Positions 12,435-24,200 of a DNA stretch of 39,811 nucleotides are shown here, in pieces. Within the stretch, counting starts at the first letter, position 1. The number at the start of each line of letters is the position of its first letter. Position numbers and translations under genes: made by a program. The notes beneath the pieces were generated by a model, which worked only from the letters and a program-made list of their open reading frames with translations, searched no databases and had not been told where the DNA came from. This DNA is from Streblomastix strix (Eukaryota), in NCBI GenBank assembly GCA_008636045.1, contig SNRW01000026.1, forward strand, positions 1-39,811, given 5' to 3'.

Positions 12435-15384
12435 ATGGCAACTTTAGAATCATGAAGCGTCCAAACAAACCAATAAAACTTCAAACAAGTAACAATTGAG
12501 AAAGGAGCAAAGAGAGTATATAATCTTAAGTAAAAAACAGATAATGCAGCTAAAGAATTAGTTGATTAAATGATTAAAGCGTAAGAAGAAAAAAAATAAT
12601 AAACAATTGAAATAGTTCATGGAATCGTTAGTGAGATGGTGGACGCATCACTCGCTAATGAAACTATTAACGAATAGATAATTGAACAAACAATGAAGAG
12701 AAACACGAAAAAATCTTAAGTAATCTACATAATGATGAAGGAAATCAGGAAGAAAGATTTGCAAAATAATAGGAAGCATGTAGATTAGAAAAATAATGGA
12801 AATAAGAAGATTAAGAAAAGAAAGATAAAGATAATTCAAAAAGCTTGGATAATATAATAGAGAGATATGTTATTTGAAATAGAACAGATATATAAACTAA
12901 ACTAATTAGTGAAAAAGTTAAAGGTGCATGGGTTGATACAGTGAATTATACTAAAATTGGTTAAAAAGCAGGTGAAAAGAAATAAGTAACAGGTAAATTG
13001 ATCGATTTAATCTTGGTTGAAGATGGAGATCTATGCGTGATTGATTTCGATATTAACAAGAATCAACCTAAAGAGAAGATTGTTGAAATTTGCTAAAATA
13101 TAATAGATAAAATGTTACCTGCTAATGTTGGATTAGTTAAAACATGTCATAGTGGATTGCACTCATATTGTAATAAAAATGGTTATCGTCTACCTAATAA
13201 TCGATGTGTAAAATGTATTGTATTAGATAACTTTAAGATTGATATATTTGCATAAGTGTACAAGCATAAATCATTTGAAAATGATCCAATGTAAACATAT
13301 CTTGTGTAAAATCGTGGTGTTGGTCCAAACACTTGCATTCGAGAAACTAAAAATAATGTTAGAGAAACACTTAAATATGAAACGATTAGTGATTAGGCTA
13401 ACATGACTCATTTAGCGAATCTAAGAGATATACTAGAATCATGGAATGTTGTTATTGAACTACCATATGCAGAATTTGAGAAATTAAAAATAACAAGAGC
13501 ATTTGGCTAACAGATTACAAATGATGGAATTATTGATAAAATGAATAATGAACTTGTATAAGCGTGTGTTGACGGATTGATGAATTTAACTATTCATAAC
13601 TATCCTCAACCAATAGCTATGGAAGTATCATTATTAAGTTTTTTCTGTGGGATTTATGGAATAACTAATGAACAAATAAGAGCTTAAGGATTACAGAATA
13701 TATGTAAATTTAACACGTTAACTCCAAATGCTGAGAAGAATTATGGATAAGCGTTAAGTTAGGGTGAACGTAAACCGAATGCATGGATCCTAACAAAAAT
13801 CTTTAAATATCATAACAAAGAATACTATGAATAAACAATTAAACCATTATTGAAGAAGAATTATGTAGCTAAGAAACTTGAAAAATAAATACATATTAAC
13901 TAAACACTGACACCTAATAAGATTGATCTATCTGATGATTTCAAATTACTCAATATGTAAGAGAAAGCAGCTAACGGTGAATATGAAAATGAAGAATAAT
14001 TCGTAATGGACTTAACAAGATTACTAAAATATTATGAAGGTGAAACTGAATACATTTATGTGATTAAAGGATATGGTGCTAATTGTGATACATAAGTCTT
14101 ACATCATAAGTTAGAAAGAACTGAGCACAAATAATTAGAGAAAATCAATACAAACTTCAAGACGAAGAAGATTGATGAAAAGACTAGTGAAACAAAAGAA
14201 TCTACACCAGCTAAACGATTAACTGCTAAACATATCTTTAAGAAGTATGCATCGAAATTTGCGAAGAAAAGATGTAAATTCATTAGTGAAGATCCTAAAA
14301 TACTCAGTATATTCTAAGGTTATAAGTATAAGAGATTAGAGAATGAGGAAACTAACTATGATTATTTGTAAATATACCTTGATTTAATTAAAGAAACCAT
14401 TGCTGCAGGTGATGAACGAGTATATGAATATTTTCTTAACTGGATTGCATGGTTGATATAAAATCCCGGAAAAAAGTCAAGAGCTGCAATTATTTTGCAA
14501 TGAAGATAGGGAATTGGTAAAAATAGATTCACTGAAGTAACAGCTGAATTACTAAATAGATATAGTTGTCCAAACATAACAAATATTGATGAATTCACTG
14601 GAAAGTTCAATTCAGAAGTTTAAAATAAAATATTCGCGGTACTTAATGAAATGATGAATTGTAATGATTCTAAGAAAGGTGTTGCAACAATAATGAAATC
14701 AATAATTTCAGATTAAACTATAAGAATTAGTGAAAAGAATTGGCCTTGAAGAACTGCTGAGAATGTAATGAATGTAATATATGCAACAAATAGTGATATG
14801 CCTATTTAACTGAAAACAGATGATATACGTCATTTAGTATGTGCATGTAAAACTGTTCATTAAGTAACTGAAGAACACCCTGAATAAACTGAATATTTTA
14901 AAAATTAAGTTAAAGCTACACTTAAGAGTTCAATGAGAATTTGATGACATATTTTCTTGAACGAGCTGTTTCATAGTTCAAACCATCATTAATTCCAATG
15001 ACTGAAGCGAAAAAATAATTGATTAATGTTTGTTGATCACTAGTTGATGATGTAATTATTGAACACTTTGAATAATTCAAATAAGGTATTCCAGTATCAG
15101 TTGCTAATTAATATAAACCATAAAATTGGATACTAAAGACATATAAGAATGCTTTGGAACATAAATGTTCAGAATCAAGACCATATATTAATAAAATAAG
15201 AACTGGAATATATATATTGAATGAAGATTAAATTGGATATTATAAGATGATGATGAATGAAGATGATATTGAAACATCGCTAGCAAACTATAAGAGATAT
15301 AAGTAAGTGAATGATGTTGATGGATATGTTAATGAGAAGGTTAATGAGAAGGGTAATTAGAACGGTAATGAGAAGAAAGATTGA
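12435..15384 (+). pseudogene. Primase-polymerase (AEP/PrimPol) fused to a D5-like superfamily 3 helicase, disrupted
   Basis: PrimPol motifs LCVIDFDI, VKTCHSGLHSYC, IDIFAQ. Helicase motifs WIAWLIQNPGKKSRAAIILQ*RQGIGKNRF (Walker A), FTGKFNS..QNKIFAVLNEM (Walker B), NVMNVIYATN (motif C). Several in-frame TGA and frameshifts. Confidence 0.88.
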
Positions 15385-16240
15385 TGAAATTTATTTTTGT
15401 TTAACAATCGATTTATGGCAGGCAAAATGACGATGGGACAAATTTTGGTCCAAATTCTCGTCCCTGTTAAATTGTATGTGCTAGCTACATGGATAAGTGT
15501 GATGGACTATCCGTGATTATAAGTGGGACAAAAACATGGGACAGGACAGCTCTCAGAAATCGCAGGAATTTTTTTATCTGCCATTGCCATATGCCATATG
15601 CCATATTGTTAGATCGTTGAAAATTGATCTAAATCTCAATAGCTAGTGAATAATTGAACAAAATTCACGAAATTATGCTGCCATATGAAATTAATTATTA
15701 TACACTTAAAATGTCAGCTCTCAAAGCTGTCCTATATAAGTATTTAATTTAAAATTGAATGATTCTATGCTTATCGATAATCCTTCAAAATATTTATGAA
15801 AATGAAGGTAGAAAAAGTTTAAACGGATGAACTCTAAATGGCTACCATAATTAGATTTGTTATGGCAATGTATGGATATGCAATTTAGTCAATTGATCTC
15901 TAGCTGTTCAAATTAACAAATATATTGAAGGAATGGCATTATGGCAGTATGGCAGACGTTTTCAACAAGATCTCAGATTTTCTATCTCACTGTCCCTACG
16001 TCATATGTACATATCTTACCAATATTTATACATATTAGTGGGTAATTCTATAGAATTCTAGCATATTAACACTAAACACAACAAATCTTATGGGACAATT
16101 GGGACAAATTGGAACCAATCATAATTGATCACCTGCAATAAAGTTATATATTATTATTTTCTCATTCATTAACCCACACATTAACTCAAACATTAACTCA
16201 TACATTAACTCATAAATTATTTCACTCATTAACTAACAAA
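15328..16240. promoter_or_regulatory. Putative replication origin: large imperfect inverted symmetry with iterated GGGACA and TGCCAT/ATGGCA motifs
   Basis: TGCCAT x4 at 15579-15604 plus 15679, facing ATGGCA at 15862, 15933, 15941 and 15949. TGGGACA at 15434, 15524, 15537, 16091 and 16100, TGTCCC at 15991. GTTAATG/CATTAAC 12-bp tandem units at both outer edges. AT-rich centre. Lies between convergent genes. Origin function is inferred. Confidence 0.55.
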
Positions 16241-16287
16241 TTAACCCTAGAATTAGTCCAAAAATAAACGTTCAAAATCAATCAAAA

Positions 16288-16725
16288 TCAATTAAAATCA
16301 ATTGCTTACATTGTGTTTTTACGTTCAATTATATCATTGATTTGAAGTAGATCTTACATGTTATTTATAACAATTTTCTGAAGACGTCGTATCAGGAGAA
16401 ATTGTAAATCATTAGTTTAAGCACGGAAGTTTTAGCGTTATATTCTATAGCGTTATTGGGCATGTTAACGTTGTTCTGCTGCAATACATTCTGCTTGTTC
16501 CTGCGAAGTATATTTTTTAGGTCTACCTCTTAATTCAACACGTTGTTACTCTTATTTCTGAACTTATGTTTGAACTAACGATGGATCATTACAAACAGGA
16601 GTCTAATCTATTAATGGAGCATGAATAATTTCATCAATATTACTTGTTTATGTTTCGATTAATTACAGGACTTGTCTCTTTGATTATCTTTTACGCATTT
16701 GTTTTTCTTCGTTTTTAGTTTGCAT
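16288..16725 (-). CDS. Small basic protein with AT-hook-like RGRPKKY motif and coiled coil (145 aa)
   Basis: Intact frame MQTKNEEKQMRKR...VELRGRPKKYTSQEQAECIAAEQRQHAQQRYR...AIDFN*. Paralogue at 29559-29852. Confidence 0.75.
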
Positions 16726-16744
16726 TTGCTTTTAACAAAAATTG

Positions 16745-18078
16745 TCAAACACTAATATTAAATTAACTTCTATAGTTTAAAGGTAATGAATTAATATCTT
16801 CATTAATGAATTTACAATAATAAATAGATAACTCAATAACCTTAAGCATATCAATTGGATTCAACAATTTACATACTACATTACCATTTTTATAATTAAT
16901 GAATGTAGCTAACTCATTGAATTAACGTCTTTACTTCTAAAATTTACTAGATAATCTTGAGAAATCAGCGAGAACCATCAATATATTTCCACTCTTGAAA
17001 TCAAATAGATTCTCTTATTTTTATCTTAACATTACTTATTCCAGTTATGCTTATTTTTACCTTATAAATTTACTTTCTAATTCTCCATTATACTACACTT
17101 ACATAGGAGTAAATTTGTTCATGAATGCGAGGTGTGGTGTTTTATTGTAAATCTATACCATTAGTTTCATCTAACTTGGTGATGTAAATCCTTATAAATC
17201 TAAACCAAAACCTTTTCTGATTGTACGAATGACAATATCAACTACTCTATTGTGCTACGTAAACTGAGAACCAGTAAAGTAAAATGTAATCCTGTTATCA
17301 TTGCAAAATTTCCTAATAATATTAGATTTAAATCAACTTTCACCATCATCTCTTATGTTATTAACATATATATATATTTAATGAGTTTCGTTAATGCGTC
17401 TAGTATATTTCTTGCATTCTTTTCATCTACAACTAATGGAATCAAAACTAAATATTTTGTATTAATGTTATTCACAAATAGATAATGCTATCTTCTTTGT
17501 TTTATTAGATCGATACCGAATACAAGATCAATTTCCCATGATCCTAATTTTGGAGAGAAGTATGGACGTTACAGCTTAGATAATGGTTTTAATTTAATAT
17601 CTTTGATTTAAGTTTGATTCGTTATCTTTACCTAATTAATCTTTTCATATTGTTTGATCTTAGATTTAAACGGAAATTATGATAGTGGTGATGGTGGTTA
17701 GCCTATTCTCTTAATTTATTCAGTAACATGAGCTCTATTTATATCTTATCTTCTGATTGATTTAGCTCATTTTAATGGTGCATTATACTTTTATGCTTCA
17801 GTTTGATATATTAAATACTACTGTAATAACGGCTTTCCGCCAATTTATGCGTCATCTTCATGATCAATTAATATATTTTATTCAACTTTATTTGGAATAA
17901 TTCGCATATTTGAAACAAATTCTGCAAACTTCATAATATAGTAATTTGAATTGGGTAATGGAGTGAGTAATCGTTCCATATTCTAAGCTTCATATGCAAT
18001 ATTCTCATCAGTTTACGCGAATCTCATTAACAAAACTTAGTAAATTTATTCTTAATCAACTTAAGTAAGTCTATTCAT
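16745..18078 (-). pseudogene. Maverick rve-type (retroviral-like) integrase, disrupted
   Basis: RPYFSPKLGSWEIDLVF (D1), YLFVNNINTKYL, NIRDDGES*F (D2), HNRVVDIVIRTIR (third acidic residue), YNKTPHLAF. Two frameshifts and two TGA. Confidence 0.88.
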
Positions 18079-18103
18079 TTTCTATTCAAAAATAATTCTA
18101 TGA

Positions 18104-18256
18104 TCAATGGTAGATCTTACTCTCGCATGCGTATTTAATTGCTGCTTCCCAAATAGCTTTCCAGATAGATTTCCAGTCAATGTTCAATGATTCTAGCGCC
18201 TATATTGCAACAGTAATATTAGCGGATAATTGTTCAAATAGTGATTCGAATGGCAT
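18104..18256 (-). CDS. 50-aa peptide with a Trp-rich amphipathic helix
   Basis: MPFESLFEQLSANITVAIQALESLNIDWKSIWKAIWEAAIKYACESKIYH*. It has the same TTATTTTTG upstream motif as neighbouring element genes. Alternative ATG at 18262. Confidence 0.55.
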
Positions 18257-18280
18257 TTTCATTAGCCAAAAATAAACCTA

Positions 18281-18622
18281 TCAATCATCAATCTTCTCAA
18301 CGATCTCTTTCAATTCATCTTTATAATTGTTTCGTGCATCATCATATTCCTCTAACATATTATGCAATCTATTTTATTACATATTTTCAACATTAATATC
18401 AAATATCTTTTTCTTTATTTTTTACTTCAATACCTTTTTCTTTGATGAATTATGATCTATCAAGTTCGAAGCTACTTCTAATTTATCTTAACATCGATAC
18501 AATCCTTCTATTATCCCTTATAAATGCATTGATAATTAACATAACGCTCTATGTTCATTCTTTGAAGCTACACATTAGCTAAGTTTTTCAATTATTTCTT
18601 TGTATTTCTTGTTTTCACTCAT
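18281..18622 (-). pseudogene. Small coiled-coil element protein, frameshifted
   Basis: MSENKKYKEQLKNLANVQLQRMN.../AFIRDNRRIVSMLRQIRSSFELDRSQFIKEKG/...YDDARNNYKDELKEIVEKIDD*. Confidence 0.45.
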
Positions 18623-19098
18623 TTTGAATTTAATAAAAATAATATATCCTTTATTTCAATTATATAAATGATTTATTTATGTTAAGTTGCAAACTAACCA
18701 GTGTACGCTGAAATCACGAAAAACCCCATAGTTTCTATTTTCGGTGGTAAAATTGCTTAATTACTAGTTTAATTTGTTAATTTCCTTAATATTTTACTAA
18801 AATGCACTATTTCACCAATTTTTAAATTTTTTAGTGCACCACGAGCGTCAATTGCGAGTGTTTTTTAAAAAAAGTCGAGATTTGCAGCCATTTCACTTTC
18901 ACACTTCACTTTTCACATCAAAATCATAATATTTGCACTAATAATTAATACATCATTACATAATTTTGTATTTTGCTTCTACTTTTCATTTTTGCAAAAA
19001 AAATTTTTTCCTGTTTTTTAGCGCTCAAGTCATAATTTCACAATATAATAGTTACTAATTATAATTTATAAATATATAAATTAATTTTAGTAGTTTTA

Positions 19099-19178
19099 GC
19101 GTACTTAGCTCAGTGGGATAGACTTGTGGTCAGTTGACTGGATGTCGCGGGTTCGAGGCCCGATATGCTGGATTTTTT
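19099..19178 (+). ncRNA. tRNA-like / RNA polymerase III type-2 promoter cassette (not a canonical tRNA)
   Basis: A box TAGCTCAGTGG (19106-19116), B box GGTTCGAGGCC (19150-19160) within a CGGG/CCCG T-stem, partial acceptor pairing, T6 run at 19173-19178. The anticodon arm lacks a 7-nt loop. Confidence 0.65.
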
Positions 19179-19379
19179 CGACAATTGGAAAAAGACCTAA
19201 AATGCAAAAATCTGTAAGGAAATAAAATTTTATTTTTCATTTTTGACAAATTTTTAAATGCCCTAATTTAAATAAATATTTTTTTAATGTTAGCTCAAAT
19301 AATTAATTGAAATGATGAAATTTAATATTTTTTATCACATTATTCAGAATTTAAGCTAGAAAACGCAGAATAACAACAA

Positions 19380-21009
19380 ATGCTCGCACAACAAGGAAAT
19401 TCACCTCAAAATCAGTCGCTCACAAATCTCTTATCGCAATTATAAGAACTTTTATAATTTCTGACAAATCTTTAAAAAGGTGTGTGATTTATCGTAATAT
19501 TTTAGATTTTTTTGTTTTACTTTTGCTTCAGGCTCGATATAAGATAAAATTGCAAATGAGTTATAAAATATCATAACAATAAATTTTCTCTATGATAACC
19601 TGAAAGACAGGGTATATAATACTTAATTTATTCTCTACAAAGTAATTTTTTGTTTTTCAAAAATATTTGTTGAGTAGGCTCGATACAGTGCTTTACTCCA
19701 ATTGTACACGTAAGAAATGAACATATGCGATGATAATACACTAGTTGAGCAACTTTACCAATTAATCAACAACTGTTCAAATGAACAATGTCAGAATGTT
19801 CTTTCTTAAAGACTTAAGTTTGTTTCTTTGTTTAATCGTATTGTATGATTATAAATTTTATTTATTCAAGTGTACTTTTTTAAGTAACTTTATTTTTCAA
19901 GATGCCACGCTATCCAATCTGCAGTTGATTTACTAATTGAAAAGGATATAAAAGCCTAATTCAACTGTTTCAATTTGATATATGACATCATCATAGCTGG
20001 GTTTATTCTTGATAGATAAAGTTGTATAACCTAATATTTATAGCATAAATATGAACAGGGTGAATAAAAAGCATCAGAGTGCTTAGATCTTCTTAACAAA
20101 TTGTAGCAATAACTGAACGATATCCATGAGAAAAAAATAAAATAGATGTTAGAACTGTGACTCAACAACTAAGTTAAGAATGTTAATGATAAATAAGAAG
20201 AAAACGGGCATATAGAGACAATTAATCCTATGTTCGAGCATACTGAATATAATTCAAAACAATTAATGGACAGTTGTAAAGTATTAATTAGTGGTGGTAA
20301 ACTTTAACCCACTCTAATTTTAATCAACTCAAGAGAAAATTTTTTGAAGATGAGCGTATAAATAACTACTGCGCTTCAATTACTAACAAAAACAGAAATG
20401 AATAGCGGAGTAAAGCCAAAAGCTACTGAATTGCAATCAGTTAGAATTGGAATTGGAAAGAAGCGTGAAAAACATATTTTCGGCAGAATGTTCCTTCTTG
20501 GTCAGTCAAAAAATACTATAGCGTTAGTGCAACAGTTTGGTGAACTAAGAATTGTGAAAAATGGATATTAAGTACATGAGTTCTTGAACTCTAATGAATA
20601 GATACCAAATGATGCAGATAATGGATACAACTAGAATCAAAATTCTGATACGGAATCAAATTCTGACTAAGAAGTGATATATCATGATGAAAGAAAGAGA
20701 AACATTGCATAATAAACTCATTCAGTATTCAATGGCTCACAAAAACGATAGAACATTGTGTCCATCTATCTATTATAAGAAGGAAAGATTGCTACATCGT
20801 TGTTCAAAATCAATGATACTTATGTACCATTTGCAATTAGAGGAATTCCAAAAGATTATTGTATTGGAGTTGGGGGGCTGGACCTTAATACGCAGTATAC
20901 ACTTCTTTCATGTACTTAGTTTGCTTCACATAGTGCAATAGGCAGACAAATTGCAGATTTCTCAAATAGTCCGCAGGGTTTCAAACAATAATTCAAAGAG
21001 AAGCGATGA
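19380..21009 (+). pseudogene. Intron-containing cellular-type gene: helical N-terminus plus beta-rich SPRY/B30.2-like C-terminus; one in-frame TGA
   Basis: MLAQQGNSPQNQSLTNLL..., GT-AG introns at about 19480-19531, 19612-19677 and 19818-19900, C-terminal VRIGIGKK...SLFKINDTYVPFAIRGIPKDYCIGV. Single TGA at about 20158 with the frame continuing. The true start may lie upstream. Confidence 0.55.
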
Positions 21010-21263
21010 AGATGAGGAATAACAATGACAATTCACTAAACATTCGCAATTTATTAAACATTCATTCGTCGTCTAATAAACAACCATTCGCTTAATAAAG
21101 CAAAAATACGTTTCTTTAATTTATTTTTTAAGTATTAATACTTGAAGTTAGATGGTATTCGAAACTATTTTTTGCATACTTTCGCAGTAGTTTGTAAATG
21201 CTACTTAAATAATATATATAGATGAATAAACACATTTAGTTCATTTGATATTAATAAAAAATT

Positions 21264-24200
21264 CATTTCACAAAACAATTTGAAGCACTAATCCCATATA
21301 TGAATAGTAAACTTGATTGATTCGGAAGATCAACTAATTTTGTATGGCTTCCAGTTATTGCATTTTTCTCCATCTTCAACCTGTTCATTGTTCCTTTATG
21401 TTAGCATAATGTAATATTAATTGCTGTAGTTATATTTTCATTTTAAATGTTATCTACAAATGTTTACTAAATAATCTATGGATTCTAATCAAGAATAACG
21501 CCTTTAAAAACAATTTCATCATTTATAATGTAATTTTTTGGACTTAATGCATTGCAATTTTAATCATATTTTTCTACGCCAATATGTAATATTTATTTTT
21601 AATCCATTATCACAATATATACAATCCTTATATTTATCATAAATCTATTTATCTTTTATAACTGCATCAAACAGTTAATCAGGACTACCATTTGAATCTC
21701 CATTAATTGCCCATGTCAAACTATCCGTATCTTCTTGCACAAAATGCATACGTTTCATATCATACGCTTTATGCATGAAATTATAAATATAATTAACGTA
21801 CCAAAATTTAGCAGAATCAAGTACGAAATAAGCTACTTATAAACATGTATTACATCTACAGTTTTGTTTGTTCACCGATACTGCGTACAAATCTTCATTT
21901 AACTCTGTTGAATGAATAAAGCCACCCATCAAATGTTGTATAAAAGTTTTATTTGCCGAGAGTAGTTTCGTATTAGAGTATTTCTCACTATTTAATGCAT
22001 CACCACCGAAAGCTAAATTCAGTATTAATTTACAGAATTATGATAGTCCTTCATTATTAACGTCTTTTGCTTGTTATCTCATATTCATAAATTCCTTCAC
22101 AAATGGGTTGAAATGGGTATGTTTCGTAAATGTTGTAACACCAACTATCTCATCAATTATGAAATGACATGTATCCATTAATAGCCATAAGTAGTAGTTA
22201 TTGAATGACATTATCTAACCTATTATTTCGATTAAATTTGTTTATTTCTTTTCAACTTTATTATGTGAAAGCTTATGATCTACAAGATAATTATATATAA
22301 ATTCTCCGATTGTTTCTTTATTAGTAGTTATATCGATATTTCGTAATATTGGACTCCAATTAATCATTTCATTAATATATTATTCATCTGTGTTACCTCT
22401 AACTTATGCAACAAATAATAACATTTTATCAACGATTAACGCATTTTCAGATAATCTATTAGCATCATATATCAACTATCTACATCTATCTTAATCTGTT
22501 ATTTTTTCAATAAGTTGTGCTGGCATGTAAATTGTATGGTTAGTGTATGGATTTAACATATTCATTTTTCCATTCATTACAATTGGATATTAGCTATGAA
22601 AATCTAGCTATACAACATGTGTTTGTACATAATCTGAATCTATTGAATAAACACATCTATCTTCCTTATCAAACTCAAAATGATTTATTTTTGTTTATCC
22701 AGCAATATTGTATCGATGCATTACTTAAGATAAACCTCCTGTGATACCATTCCGCAATAAATGATATCCTTCATCACTGATCAATGTCATCGGTAACTGC
22801 TTAAATAGTGCATATTTCCTTAATTGTATCATTAATTTCATCTAATTTACATCACGATTAGCTTTACATGTATTGCAATACAAACAACATGGAAGTACAT
22901 TATCTTTTGAATGACCTAACTTATTATCTATTCTATCTAATGTTGGTCTATTTTTCCAAGTAAATCGTGCATTGCACATGTGACATCGTTAATTCTTGAA
23001 TAATTCTTTAAAATAACCATAATCATCAATCGTTACATTATTGTTTGAATCTCTATTCTTTTTATTATCTTATTCGATATAACTATCCACTTTAGCTCTC
23101 CAATAACACATTGTAATTTCAATTGATTTATCAGTGGATTCTGAATTATAATCCCCATTAATATCAAAACCATTATATGCCATAGAATACTTGATTGCAT
23201 TAGAGCATTAAGACATTGATATATTGGCTAACATGTCCACTTTATATTTGAACATTAGATCAATCAAATAATCAATTGGTTCAATTAGAATACTAGTATC
23301 GAGTTTGTTATAATGTTTCAAATAATCTCATCATGATTTGAACTTAGCTGCTTCGACTAGGTATTCTTTGTACTTTACTTCACTGAGCTTCTTATTTCGC
23401 AATTGATTATCAAATGCTTCGATAGGAAATGGTTCACATTTATTCAGTTCATCCATGTAATTATTAGTATTTATGAATTCATGGGGAAATCTACCTTTCT
23501 TATATGTCCCATTCCCAAAATCTCTTACAGCATCTTTCAATTTAGAATGAGTGGTATAGATCTTAAAATCAACGAATCTCAAATGAATGTTTGAAGACTA
23601 ATGCTTAACGATTATCTATTTTGCGATTGTGCTTGACCCCAAATACTTCGAAATAGCCCAATTCTTTGACTTAAAATTCTTAAACAACACTGACGCATCA
23701 AATTTAGCTGAATTGAATCCTATTACAGGTACTTCATAGTATTATGGGATTGTTTCATCTATATATTTGTTATCTTTCATTACTTATTTTGCTTCCTCAA
23801 ATACTTAATCTAACCACTTATCTAAGAAATTTTCTGTTCGTATATCATAATAGAATGAATGTATACCACTAGCACATTTGACAGTTGATGCAATAGCGTA
23901 TGGAATTAACGTAGCAGTAATTTATGATCTATCACCAAATTTTTCATTAACTTTCTTCTATAATGTTTCAATATCATATGTTATGTAATATCTTGTAAGT
24001 TTGAATAGATGAGTTAGATTATTCGCTAATAGATACTTATAAGTCTTTTTAGATAAAATATGAGGAACAAACGGTTTCGCAAATATTTCCAATATAACTT
24101 TCTTAACTATCTTTCCATTATTCTCTTGACATTTTTTCATATGATTTATCATTAAAGTTTATAGATTTGGATCACCTAATCGGAATGCTTACTTATGACG

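Larger units (their letters stand above)
18686..21204. mobile_element. Probable ~2.5-kb insertion carrying a tRNA-like cassette and an intron-containing gene (ends tentative)
   Basis: It interrupts a run of co-oriented minus-strand viral genes. TTAA lies on both sides (18682-18685, 21205-21208), with weak terminal symmetry GT(T/A)GCA..CAAACTA..ATAGTTTC. Confidence 0.4.

Noticed and set aside
15579..16240. CRISPR array or telomeric repeat
   Set aside because: Units are 6-12 bp, irregular and in both orientations, with no 25-45-bp repeat/spacer periodicity.
19099..19170. Functional tRNA gene
   Set aside because: No canonical anticodon stem-loop and poor acceptor/D-stem pairing. Kept only as a tRNA-like cassette.
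19380..21009. Transposase or reverse transcriptase for the 2.5-kb insert
   Set aside because: No DDE, HUH, tyrosine-recombinase or RT motifs are visible. The protein looks cellular.
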